A stretch of DNA of 64,000 bases, from contig OZ176057.1 in NCBI GenBank assembly GCA_964247055.1, positions 3,844,001 to 3,908,000 on the forward strand. Direction: 5' to 3'. The translations under genes were made by a program, and so were the position numbers. The notes beneath the pieces are model-generated. The model did not search any database and was not told the origin of the DNA. It saw only the letters and a program-made list of their open reading frames with translations. The stretch is from Paragordius varius. Taxonomy: Eukaryota; Animalia; Nematomorpha. Below are positions 1-12,880 of this stretch, piece after piece; within the stretch, counting starts at the first letter, position 1; every line of letters begins with the position of its first letter.

Positions 1-101
1 AAAGATGCCTAAAATTCAGACAAAAAAATTAATTTTGAACTTGCTATAAAATTGAATTTATATTTTCAATTTTCCAATAAGTATTTGTTTGTAAAACTAA
101 C

Positions 102-3100
102 CTTGGCCATAACATAAATGCAACACAATATAATTTGATCAATATGCCGATCCCTGAAGAGTGCACAGCTGTTATTAACTAAAGCCCATTCAAAAGCACT
201 CCAAGCTGACCATTGCAATAATGGGCCATTTTCATCATTAATATCCGTATTAATATCTATGGCGTTTTGATTATTAATATTACATAGGCTAACACATAAT
301 TGTCGAATCCTTAGACTGGCTAAATGATAAACCTATACATCATTCATTTATCAAACAAAAAATATAATTTTAAACTAAAAAATAATTACAGTAAGCATTT
401 TAATGGTTGTTTATTTCACCTCTATAGTTGGGGGCAATTTGCAACACACAGTAGTGTATGGAAAAGGTAACAAAATGTTGAATTTTTTATGTTTTTTTTT
501 GAAACAATACTGCGTTGCAAATTGCTCTAATATACCAGTGTGAAATAAACATACATAATTTTAATAACTTTTCAAATACCTTAATTAATGTAATTTCTTT
601 AACAGATACCTTGTAAATAAATTCTTATTTTTTTATTAAAAAAACACTTATATATCTAAAAAAACACAAACATATATAAAATTATTAAGAAAAATTATAT
701 TATATGGGAAAATTAAATTTGAGTTTCACATGTTACTTTTTAATTAAAATAATTTTGAAATTTTATTTAAAATATATGGGCGAGATACATACCTTTCTAA
801 AAAACAGGGCAAGAGAACCACCTTTTGTGGGTAAATCATTCATAATATCCTTAGTATCACTATTATTACTTTTATATAATGGAGTTAACATAATTTGATG
901 ATTATCATTATTATTCGAATTAAGGTATTCAAGATTCCGGGGCGCGAAAACCTTAAAAAATGGATAAATTTTATAAAATTCGTAATTTAAAATATAGTAA
1001 TATATATATATATATATATATATGATCAATTTCTAAAATAATTAATTTATATATTTCTACAAATCAAAAAATTAAGATAAAATTCATCATTTTCGGCTTG
1101 ATGTACATTATTACCAAATAATCATATATTTAAAAAACAAGGAAATTAAATATGCTATTAGTTTCAGGGGGTGCCGTTTATTTAGTAGTAAAGTCTTTAT
1201 ATCAAACAGATCTTTCTAGAATACTTTTAAAATATAATTATAAATTCATTAATATACTCACCTCTTTACACAAAGGTATAGGGCTATCTAACACATCGCC
1301 GACACATTTCAATTTCTCTTCATTATTATTATTGTTAATTATATCAATTTTTTCTTTTTTATTATTAATATTAGTTGTTGTATTAATTGGCAATTTTTCA
1401 CATGTATTCAAAATGGTCCATAATTCTGATGAATACTCCCACACTGTTTGTTCCAATATACCTTCTTCAATCTTTAAAATAAAGAACAAATATATTTTTT
1501 AAAAAAACAAATATATTTTTTAAAACAATTAGGATAAATATTTGAAATTAAATGTATATATAAATATTTAAAACTATGAAAATTTGTCTGAATACATATA
1601 TTTAAATAATTCTTATATCATATAAATACTTAAAGACTCTTTCCTAAAAATTTATTTAGACAACAAAATTATATTAACATTTTTTTACAAAAACTAAAAC
1701 ATCAAATCTTTATGGAAGTAATAAACAGATTCTAAACCTTATAGCATTTTAATTTATTCTTATTAAAAATTGTTCAAAAAAATATATTAAATAAATCTTA
1801 TTCGAAAAAATATTACAAAATTAAAATAAAAATTTGTAACTTAAGTTATATTTTAATGTATTTTAGCTTACACAATTTTGAATATCTTATTTAAACATTA
1901 CAGGTAATTAATTTATGCATATATAAAAAAATATAAATATTATTTTAATAAAATATAATATTTTCTACCTTATGTAAATGCTTTATAACCGAAACATCAA
2001 ACAGATAAAAATTTGATTTTCCAGGAGAGCAGATGTTTTTGTGTTCTTGTACGCTCAACTGATCTGGGTTCATTCGAATGGCACGTATACACAATTCAAT
2101 TATTCTAGATAAATATAGTTTCAAAATCATTAATTAAATTATTTTAATAAAATCGTTTTAAACAAATAAAAACTAAAATTATATAAGATAAAAATTTAAC
2201 TAAGAAAAACTTATAAAAAAAACAAGTTAATATAATAATTATGAGACAATACATTTTAAAGTTTTAAATGTTTATAAAGTGTCAAGTTTAATTGAAGGGT
2301 TATTTTAACAGAGATTAATTAAATAATTATTAATTATAAAATAAATATTTCACAAATACAATTACCTAAAAAATTTATAAGTTGATAATCCAAGTCCACT
2401 GCATGAATCCAAATTGTATAAGGTGTCATTTTTATAATTAATATCATTTTCAATGTTAGCCTCATTACTATTAATGCTATCATTAAATAATGATATATTC
2501 ATATTATGCGCTAAAAATATCAAAATTTCCCAGCTGGCTGCCCAAACAGCCATATTGAAATCTTCATGTGCCAATAAAATCTGAAACAAATATTGACATA
2601 AATGATAAAATATGGTTAATGTAAATTTAAGTCTATTTTTTATTGCAACATAATTTGTAAAAAATAAAAATACAACAATATTTTTTCTCATGTAAAATTT
2701 AGAAAAAAATACCAAATTTTTTACAAATTTTCACGCAAGGGTTTACAAAAGCTTTTGTATTATACAATGTATAAAAATACCATGGTATTGACAAAAAAAT
2801 AAAAAATCGTTTATACATACATTGTAATCAAAAGTTTTAGGTTCAGTGTCAGCTGTTTTTGCATTGTTACTGGCTCGAGAAAAGCGCCACTTTTCAAGCT
2901 GCAAAATTCGTTCAAGCAGTGCAAAATATATGGCATTTATAACGGTTATTGTTAAATCGCCGATTTTGTTTTTTTCAGTCAGTGAATATGCGCCATCCCT
3001 TTCATTTTGTGTTTGTTTCAGCTGATTTTTTAAAGAATTGTGAATTAATAATATTTAATATAACATATTTTCAAATTAAAAATTGAAACATTATTTGAAT

Positions 3101-6100
3101 ATTTATCTAATAATACAATTAAATCGAAGATGATTGCATTTTTAATTAAAAATTTTCAACTATAATTATCGTGAGAAAAAATTCAACGCATAAAATTAAT
3201 ATATTAAACTAAATTTTTTTATACTTTATGGCAATAAAAAGTTTCGCAAGATAGTATGCACTTTTTTAGCATAGAATGATAAATTTCAAAGGTTTTGGCG
3301 GTCAGACTTCTATATATATATATATATATATATATATGTAAAAATTGAAATATAAAAAATAACAATAAATGGCTAATATTGTTACAGACAAATTTAATAT
3401 CCAATGTAATTATGATAAATTAAACAAAAAAATGTTTGCTCCAATTAAATAAATATTGACAATAGTCAGAGCCTTAAGACTTCCATAACAAAATTAATTA
3501 CACATCTATTATAATAAACCCCAACCTTATAATATTCCAAATCGATTCCGAATACTGTAGTTCGCTATTTTCCGCAGATAATTCTACTGAAGGATCTTTA
3601 GTAGAATAATTTTCACTGCAATGTTGTGAATCATGTTTTTGGACAAATAGTTTTTCAAAGATTAAACCGTATTTAAGCATAATATTAACAATTTTTTCTT
3701 GCTTTAATCCATTTGTATTTGGGTGTTTGTTTAAAAGATTATTTGGCATCCTAAGATGTTCAATAATTTTCATAATTTTCTTTTCAGTTGTTGTTTCTGT
3801 ATATTTGATATCCATCAAATTTGCAAAACGGTTTTCGTTTATGTTAGGAGAAGGGGCAGACGATTCTTTGTCCACTTCAAAATTTGTTGTTGGTCGTCTG
3901 CTTTGGTCATTTCCGTGCCCATTATAATCACTTTTTTTGGAAACGCTATCCGATTCGGAGACTTCGCTATTCTAGGTAATTAAAATAATTTTAAAAAGTT
4001 GTAAATTAAAAGATTGATAAAAAATATTAATATAAATAATTTTTTTGAATAATATTATATTTAAAGATATTTTCCACGTTTTTCTATATAATTCGAATAT
4101 ATATTAAAAGACAGTAATAAACTGTTGTGATCTTAAATCTATAAAAAAACAAAATGTCTTTTAATAAAAATTAAAATATATCTTATATGGTTAAATAAAA
4201 AAAATTTCACATATTTTTGAACAATGTAATAAATGTAATAATCAATCAATATTATTTTCAATTTTAGCAGGTCTTATATCATTATATGTTCATGAAATTT
4301 GATTCAATTTAATATTTTAAGGCATAATACTTGTTTCATTGTTTCAGCAACATTGTAATTGTTACCAAAATTAATATTATTACAATTATTATCATTATGT
4401 GAAAATAATAATTTTTTCTTTGCCGCACTATTGGTTATTAATTTCAATTGGTTTTGATATTCATTTGGACGCAAAAATAAAACTGAGGGTGAAATTGGTT
4501 TAAGATTAGCGGAATTAATCGTATCAGGTGATTTCATAGTGTTATTATCAGAAGCCATTGAATCTAAAAGACAAAACATATTATATAGGTTTATGCATAG
4601 TTTAAAAGTTTTGGAGATACGTTGCACCATAATAGAATAAATAATAAACAAAAATATTAAAGTTATATCTTAAACAAAAAACATATGAAGCTATTTTTAA
4701 CCTCTATAAAACTTGGTTAATATTTAAAATTTAATAACAAGCACAGTTAATTAATTTATGTTTCTCAGATACTAAAGCTTTATAATAATTTTCATTTAAA
4801 TGAAATTTTTGTTCTCGGAAAATTTTTGTTTTAACGGAATCCTAAAAATAATATTTGACGGCAAAAATCGATAGATAATTCTTTTTCAAATTGTATATTT
4901 TTAAAAAATTAATGGGCCCAAAAAGCCATATATTAAAATTTATATTGCTTCGAAGAAAATTTAATTAAAGGCTAACAAAGTGTTAAGATTAAAAGAATTT
5001 TATTATTTATTATAAAATTTGATAAAAAAAGTCATGTAAATTAATAATATAGGTGTACCAAAAAGAAACTAAAAGAAATAAAAATCACGATTCCGGTATT
5101 TCGATTTCATAGTTTAGTTTAATAAAAAAAATTAGTAATAACCAGCTAATTCAGTCAATGTATCATTCGCCCCCATAGCAGCAACAACTGAAACAGGTGA
5201 TTTGGCCGTTGTTACCATGGTAACAGGGAGAACAGCTGATTCAGTCGCTATGGTAACAATGCTGCTTTTTGTCGGTGTATGCAGGGGTGAGGTTAGATGT
5301 GAAGCTCCTAGGAACATTCTTTCATCAATGTATAAAATGTTGCAACAACAATCATGATTTTTATTCTCAGCTACTTTTAACGCGGTGTGGGGCGTTGAAT
5401 ACGGCATAGATGGCGTACTTAACATGATGGATTCATAGAGTTGTTTGAGGATTGAACTGAAAAAGACGATGAAGTAATTCAATATATTATAAAAAAATTG
5501 TCCTGAATAAATTATTGCACTAAAATAAAACCCTCGAAAGAAAGGGTACTAAATGCATAATAATAATTTATAAATATTTTTAGATATACCATTTACACTT
5601 AAAATTCACCCTTGAACAATTCAAATTTACCCTAAAATAAAATACGTGTTTTATTAAGATTAATATTTAATTGTATTTTATATTTTTAAAAAATGAAATT
5701 TTGTTAAAAAATAATAGCCATGAAAATATTTTTCATATTAATTATAAGTTATTATAGCCCGAAAACATATAATTTATTCTTAGGGTGAAGTCGAATTGTA
5801 AATAGTATATCAAACAAAATTGAGAAAAATTAAAACATTATTTTTCAGCGTATAGACGTCAAAAAAATTTCATTACAAATTCACAAAAGACATTTGTTTG
5901 TTATTTGTTACAAAGAAATATTAGTTAAATCGCTTATTATTATAGCTTCAAATATATGTTCAATACAATTAAATAAACCATTTATAAAATATTTTAAGTA
6001 TAACCAATTATATTCCATATTTTGGTGGATGAAAACATTGCAAACTTCCTTTGACATATAACTATTCGTCGTTGTAAGAGGTATTTCATTTACATCATTA

Positions 6101-9100
6101 GTAATAGAATTGTTATTATTAATATTATTATTATTTTGATTGATGCTATTTATCTCGTTATCCGCGCGACCGGATATTATATCACATTTCAAATTTTTCA
6201 ACTATTTGATAATAATCAAAATACAATACAATATTCATATACATCCAATTTTTATAAAATATACCATTTACGGTTCAAATTTACCCTTAAACAATTTAAA
6301 TTCACCCTTGAACAATTCAAATTCTCCCTAAAAATAAATTATGAAACTTCGGTTTAATATGACTCATCATTAAAATTAAATATATTTTTATGGCAAAGTT
6401 TATTATTTTTTCAGTATTATTTTGATTACATACAAAAAATTTTTTTATAAATATAAAAAATATAGGTAATATATAATTTTAAAAAACACATAATTTATTT
6501 TAGGGTGAATTTAAATTGTTCGAAGGTGAATTTGAATTGTTCAAGGGTGAATTTGAATTGTTTAAGGGTGAATTTGAACTGTAAATGGTATAATTAAAAT
6601 CCCTGAACCACAGCTATTACCTAATAAATTTCCTAGAAAAATAAGCAAATATCGTTGATTTAAATTAATTTTTATTACAGTTTACCTGTTAAATTATTAT
6701 TATCTAATATTATTAGATACCTAAAAATTATTTGCAAAGTCATATATAAACCAAAGAATAAAAATTCAAAACATTTAGGGAAAATCAAGTAAGTTTAAAT
6801 GTATTGTGTTATATGGTAACTTATGGAATCAATAATTATAAACTATTACGATTTCAGAGAATAAGAATAAAGTTCTCATTCTTGTTCAAATTTTATTTAG
6901 TTTACAGTTATTTAATTAGATTTAAATTATTGGTAAAATCCATATTTTTAAATTAATAACTTACCCAAATTTTAGTGTTCAAAAAGTTTATTTTATCATC
7001 ATTTTTTTCTAATCTATCCTCATCATCATCTTTGGAACTTTGTGGGTTGATTTGGCATTGACATATTATTTCCTTTTCCAACCAATGTAAAAAACGGTGA
7101 ACATAAAACGTTTTAGCATTCAGTACTAGATCGTCTTGAAGAGTGCTGTTGCTTTTACCAAATAAATTGGGATGGTCGGCGGCGTTGTCATGGCAACTGC
7201 GGTCCGCTGTTTGTGAGTCAAAATGGCCGTCGATGCCGCCACTGTCATCTGACGTTGGCAGATGAGATTCATCCTCAACAAAAGAGTTTTGTTGTGTTTT
7301 ATGAAAAAATAATTGTTCACATAACCATTTGAAAGGGTCACCTATAAATTAGTATGTACATTAATGTTGAGCAATTGGTAACACAGTAACGTATGATATA
7401 AAACAAATTTTATCCATAATTAAATAAAATTTGTTTGTTTTAATTATTTGTAAGTATATCCAGTCATGGATCCTTTATTTTATCAAAAATTTATTTTCAT
7501 TCATTAAATGGGTATAAATATTTGTTAAGAATGGAAAAACAAGAGCTTTATGGTATTAACAATATCATATTCATCAAAAGCGTATAAAAATTACCATAGA
7601 GCTCTTTTTTTCCATTGTTTACTAAATATTTATACCCATTTAACGAAAAAAATATATTTTTGATAAAATAAAGGATACATGACTGTATATTGCAAGCTTT
7701 TCATCACCAGATAGTATATACATCAAAGGGCAGTATTATTGGTTTATAGTTATTTGACTTTATATTGCTATTAGCTATTGTAATGCTCTTTGCTATATAT
7801 TCCATCCGTTAATATACCATTTACAGTTCAAATTCACCCTTGAACAATTCAAATTCACCCTTGACCAATTCAAATTACCTTTGAACAATTCAAATTCACC
7901 ATAAAAATAAATTATGTGTTTTCGAAGTAATATAACTCATTATTAATATGAAATATATGTTTATGGTATAGTTAATTATTTTTTCAGTATTATTTTAATT
8001 TAGAACAAAATATTTATTTTTAAAAAATATATATAAAATATAGGTAATTTTTAATCTTGAAAAACATATATTTTATTTGAGGGTGAATTTGAATTGTAAA
8101 TGTATATATATAATGAAATTCTAGCAATGATTGAGTCAAACTGTATAAGAAAATTTAAGAATAATTAATATTTATATAGGCTATAATGTAATCTATAAAA
8201 GTGCACAAATTTTTATAAAATTTTCGGCAAAAGAAAATAATAAATATATTGTGGATATGCACCAATCAAGGATTTTATTAATCAATAAAATGGCAATTTA
8301 AAAACAATAACATACATAATATAAATAAAAAGCTACAGTAAAACGTCATTGACTCATATGTCAAGGATTAGCGCATATAAATGATTTTTCATCAATATGG
8401 TATATTATATCATTTTATCTTGTTTTAATAATATACGGAATAAAGTAAAGCTAAAGAGCAAAAATATTTCATATAATGGAAACAAATATTTTTTAGCCAC
8501 TTTTCAAGATTATCAAATAAAACAAGATGAAACAAATATTTTGAATCAAAAATATTACTTATTACGATCTAATCACAACTATATTAACTATCATTTAAAT
8601 CGTAAAAAACTTTATGTTTCTTATACATTTATCATGTTAATGTCTTACTTTCAAACTCTGAAATACCAAAAAAAGTCCAATCTTTAGCCATTTGGACTGT
8701 GGCACACAGTAGCAAATTAAACGTGTTTTGCATTGAATCGCCATGATTAAGCAAATTTTGTTCAATATCATAATTTTTATTTTCTGCAGAGAATAATTCA
8801 ACTTTTTTTGCAAAGTTTGAATTTAATATTTCATCATCATCATTGGAATCAGTATTAGAATTTTGAGAATTAGCTAAATTATTATTATTATTAAAATCTT
8901 TGATTGCTTTTTGTCGTGTTTGAACTGGTCCAATGGCATGATCTCCTTTAGATAGCTTCATTAATTCTATATTAATATTTTTTAGGGAAAATTATAGTCT
9001 ATATTGTATTTTTTATCATATCGTCAAATAATGGAAATATTTTAAAGTCCATAACTTTATATTAAATCACGAGTGTCCAACACGCGGACAGCTTACCAAT

Positions 9101-12072
9101 ATAATTCTGCAACCCCCGGAAGAAATTTTATTCCAAAAAAATTACCTTTAACAAAATTTCTGAATAAACATTTCCAAACGATAATGAACCAACGAAAAAT
9201 GTTAAAATAAATAGTAGTTTTCGTATGTTTAAAATCTAATAGCCGAATATTTTTATATAAAAATGCAGTCTGCAGATCCATTTTTGTTGGACATCCCTGG
9301 ATTAAATGATACTTTGTTTTAAACATTAACACCATTTATATTTTTATTCTTTAACTTAAAAGTTGTTGCATTCATATTTAATAGCCCGATATCATGTTTA
9401 ATCTTAGTTAAATGGATTTTTTTAATATTTTATCCTGTTTATTCAGTTAATTATAATCATTTTGCTTAATAAAAAATATTTTGAATTTTAGGCGAATTAT
9501 CAAAATATATATTTTAACACATTTATCCTTAGAATGTTAAAATCTTTCATTTGTTGCCATCAAATATTCAATTAATGGTTCTCAATAATTTAACAACATG
9601 TTTTTTAATTTGCAAATAATTGCGTTTAAAAGAAATTTAAACATCAACTGTTTGCATCAATTGAATATTTAAATGTGGTATATAAAATATTTTAAACTGT
9701 AAAAATATATTACAAAACGTATAAAATAAAAGCTTCTGTTTGATTATTAAAAAAAAATTTAAATTTATTGATAATCAAATTTTTTTGTGAAAAAATAATA
9801 TAAAAAAATTGAAATTACTTTTTATCGTAATGAAATATAGCCAGGTTAGTTGACTCAATTTGTCCCAATCTATATTAACATTATTTTTATTGTCATTGTC
9901 TTTATTAGTATTGATGGTTACAGTGTAATTATCAATGAGGGTTTTAACTATCCTCGTGAAATGTGTATAATATATACATTTACAGTTGATAAATTCCATT
10001 TCTAAAGCCTTTAAAGCAGAGTTTATATGGGTAAGATTTTGGGTTTTAAGGTAATGTTCCAATCTAAACATTAATATAAAAAAAAATTCTCTGTTTATTT
10101 AATCAATTTACAGATCATATCCTTTATTTTTTAGCGCTAAAATAATACAGTATAAAACCCAAAGAAAAAAATTAGCACATAGTTAAAATGATATGTTAAA
10201 TTTGTAAGTATATATACAACAGAAAACATTAATCAAATCATTTGTTTTTTTTTCATGATAATCATTTATTAATTATACTGTGATTACTGTTAAAACAAAC
10301 AAAGGAAATTACCATTTACTATTCAAATTCACCATTAAACAATTCAAATTCACCCTTAAACAATTCAAAACCCTAAAAAAATTCAAATTCACCCTTGAAC
10401 AATATATAGGTTTAAGGCTAATATAAATCATCATTAATATAAAATATATTCTTATGGTATAGTTCATTTTTTTAGTGTTATATTAACTTTAAATAAAATT
10501 TCATTTCATAAATAAAAATTTTTTTAAAGAAAACATAATTTATTTTAGGGTGAATTCGAATTGTTCGAGGGTGAATTTGAATTGTTCAAGGGTGAATTTG
10601 GATTGTAAATGTTACATGTATAAACTAATTTTAATGTAAAATAACTTTTAAAAAAGATACCCATTAGAGGAAGTATTTTGAGCCAATATTTTACACATGG
10701 ATAACCAATTTTGCATTTTTTGAAACCAAGTCCCAATACTAGATAGGATTAAAAATATAATTCTATTATAAAAAAACGTATTATAAAACTTGTTAAGCAA
10801 ACATAAAATTTTCCAAAAACCTAGGGTTTTAACTATAGAGACTTTTATATTTTTTGATATATACATGATAAATTTATTTAATAATAATTAAACTGTAATT
10901 TATTTAGTAATTTACATATAAGCCTTAAATTCTCAAATTAAATTACTATTTAAGCTAAACAAAAAAGTTAACAATGACGATAAATAAATATATATTTTTA
11001 ACTTTTTTAAAAATACTACTTTTAAAATCAAATAATTTACGATTGCTCATTTTCAAACATTATAAAAATTTTGGTTTTAATTCCAAACAACCTGAAAAAT
11101 CTTTAATTTTAAACATTAAAAATTTTATATGAATCTTAAAATTTTATTCTTAAATACTTAATGATGTTTGGAAAGTAAAAAAATTTTATAACCAAAAATG
11201 CAAAATTTCTCTTTTCGCAACTTAAAAAACGATAAGTTTTGAATTAAAATAATTTAAGTTTTATATATGGTCGTTTTTGTAAAATAAAATTTTCCTAGAT
11301 ATGTTTTGCTCAAATAAATCTATTTGCAAGGAGTTTCTTTTCGATAAATATATGTATGTTAAATTTTTTTCTTTAATAAAAATAAAATTAAGAAACCTTC
11401 TTATTTCAGCCCATCTAACCAGCTTTATAAGACTAACTTTTGGTTGAAAAACATTGTTAATTTCACATTTTTCTGTTGGAATATTCGTTAGCGCGTGAAT
11501 CATAGTCACGTGCACACTGCAGCATGTGACCCATTGTCGGTAATCTGTGCCCTATGAAATATTAATTAATAATATAAGACAAAAAACAACCATTGTTTTT
11601 TTAAAAAAATTTTCAGAAATATTTTTAAACTGATAAAAACTAGCTTTAATTTGAATTTCCTTTTAATCTATATATAAAGGTATTTTTTATAGTTACAATA
11701 AAAATTAAGCAAGCGAATATTAATCAAGTAAGTTTTATATATTAAGAATTGAGTGATTTTGCAAAAATATAATATCGAACGTCTAAAAAATTATAAAGTA
11801 TCAATATGAAATATACTTAGTTAGTATTAAATTTTTTTTATTGCAATGTATAAAATTGGACAATTTATAATAAAAAATAAAATATATATTAACAAAATTA
11901 TACAACACGACATAAAAATATTATTATATATTGCCTTTATATATAATTGTAAATGTTTAACCTCCAAAGTAAAGTTATTTGCAACAAAATCAAACAAATT
12001 CTGAATCCGTTTGCAAATAATAGCTTCAATCGAAAATTCGGCACAAAATAATTGAATTAATTCTTGACTCAT
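102..12072 (-). CDS. RBL1: Retinoblastoma-family pocket protein (p107/p130/Rbf-like); 3'-partial, continues beyond the left edge
   Basis: Fifteen phase-consistent GT-AG exons on the minus strand: 12072-11962, 11551-11397, 10738-10661, 10063-9819, 8966-8649, 7341-6965, 6201-5912, 5456-5143, 4563-4331, 3971-3526, 2632-2366, 2104-1969, 1471-1262, 951-793, 332-102 (3570 nt, 1190 codons). RbN-domain matches: ANNFTLE-GTDYRQW, VSLIKLVRWA, WFQKMQNWLSM, GDSMQNTFNLLLC, IDERMFLG. Pocket A: RLKFTLTIFY, WEILIF, YKFFRIIELCIRA, VIKHLHKIEEGILEQTVW. Pocket B: GGSLALFFRKVYHLASLRIRQLC and RDRHIDQIILCCIYVMAK. The symbol denotes the family; orthology to a specific paralogue is not established. Confidence 0.95.
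395..555. mobile_element. Palindromic MITE family D (~165 bp)
   Basis: GCATTTTAATGGTTGTTTATTTCAC...GCAACACACAGTAGTGTATGGAAAA...GTTGCAAATTG...GTGTGAAATAAAC; homologous to the copies at 43036 and 50642. Confidence 0.7.
5587..5807. mobile_element. MITE family A (TACCATTTAC ends, 21-bp TTCAAATTCACCCTTGAACAA subterminal repeats)
   Basis: TA|TACCATTTACACTTAAAATTCACCCTTGAAC...GGGTGAAGTCGAATTGTAAATAGTA|TA; in an RB intron. Confidence 0.75.
6262..6590. mobile_element. MITE family A, best-preserved copy
   Basis: TA TSD on both sides, TIR TACCATTTAC(G/A)GTTCAAATT, three 21-bp tandem units per arm; in an RB intron. Confidence 0.85.
7461..7685. mobile_element. Fold-back MITE (CAGTC...GACTG) in RB intron 5
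   Basis: CAGTCATGGATCCTTTATTTTATCAAAAAT / ATTTTTGATAAAATAAAGGATACATGACTG; the arms pair over ~100 bp each. Confidence 0.75.
7815..8104. mobile_element. MITE family A
   Basis: TA|TACCATTTACAGTTCAAATTCACCCTTGAACAA with about three units on the left and one on the right (GGGTGAATTTGAATTGTAAATGTA). Confidence 0.8.
9068..9299. mobile_element. hAT-type MITE (232 bp) in RB intron 4
   Basis: Imperfect TIR CACGAGTGTCCAAC / GTTGGACATCCCTG; 8-bp TSD TATTAAAT / GATTAAAT (7 of 8 match). Confidence 0.7.
10310..10614. mobile_element. MITE family A
   Basis: TACCATTTACTATTCAAATTCACC...GGGTGAATTTGGATTGTAAATGTTA with 21-bp units in both arms; RB intron 3. Confidence 0.8.
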
Positions 12073-12369
12073 TTTGATATATATATGATGTTACAGGAGC
12101 AATGGATAATCTTAAAAATTAAATAGTATCATTTTTAAATCATATGGGCTGGCTAACAAAAATTGCGCTTGGAATTCACAATGCGCTAGTAATGAATGTA
12201 AAGTTATCATCATGGGAAATAACTTTAAATGAATATTATATAAATAATGAAAACTTATATTTTATATTATGGCCATTAAAACACATTTAAACTTTTGTAA
12301 TTAATATTTTAGTTAATTATAACATTAAATAATAATTTTGAAATATTTTTAACAGTAGAATACACATTA

Positions 12370-12880
12370 TTCAGTATTTTCAAAGTAGGGTCGTTGGACA
12401 TCCAGGTTAGTTTAAATATAAATATTTCATAAAATAAATAAATCTAAACGATGGCAAATGCTTGCACTTTATAATATTAATAAACCCAAATATATAAAAA
12501 TAACTTATTCGTTTATTCTGAGGTAAAACCCAAATGTAAAATTTAGCCAACAAGATTCTGTGCATAAGCAAAATGCAAAAATTTAAAAAAAATATTCCTT
12601 TCTTGTTTAATTAATGTTAAGGGCGATTTAAATAAAGAAGAACACTTAATTTGAACCATGAAACAAAAAAACACGATATGTAATATTGTTGTAAAATAAA
12701 AAATGGCGTTGAAGTAGTTTGGTGTATACTCTCAAAGTAAATTTTATTTTGATATTTTGGCTTACTCTAAATTTTTTAGGATGGAAACAAAAATTATAAT
12801 TGGAACTTATTTAAATAGTTTTGTAAAATTCTTAACTCTAATATTGTCTGGTGTATTCAAACCAATTCGAAACGAAGTAT
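12370..12880 (+). mobile_element. Family B, old degenerate copy just upstream of the RB start codon
   Basis: GGTCGTTGGACATCCAGG, GAGGTAAAACCC, AAAAATGGCGTTGAAGTAGTTTG, TCTGGTGTATTC...GAAACGAAGT; a partial copy also lies at ~16321-16560. Confidence 0.55.

Noticed and set aside
1152-1502. Plus-strand hydrophobic ORFs here and at 3727-3983
   Set aside because: They are antisense shadows of Asn/Lys-rich RB exons.
9093-9335. 80-aa minus-strand ORF as an extra RB exon
   Set aside because: It overlaps a hAT MITE, and the flanking exons (9819 and 8966) join in phase without it.
12130-12200. GCGC-containing motifs upstream of RB as E2F autoregulatory sites
   Set aside because: They do not match TTTSSCGC well, and the transcription start is unknown.
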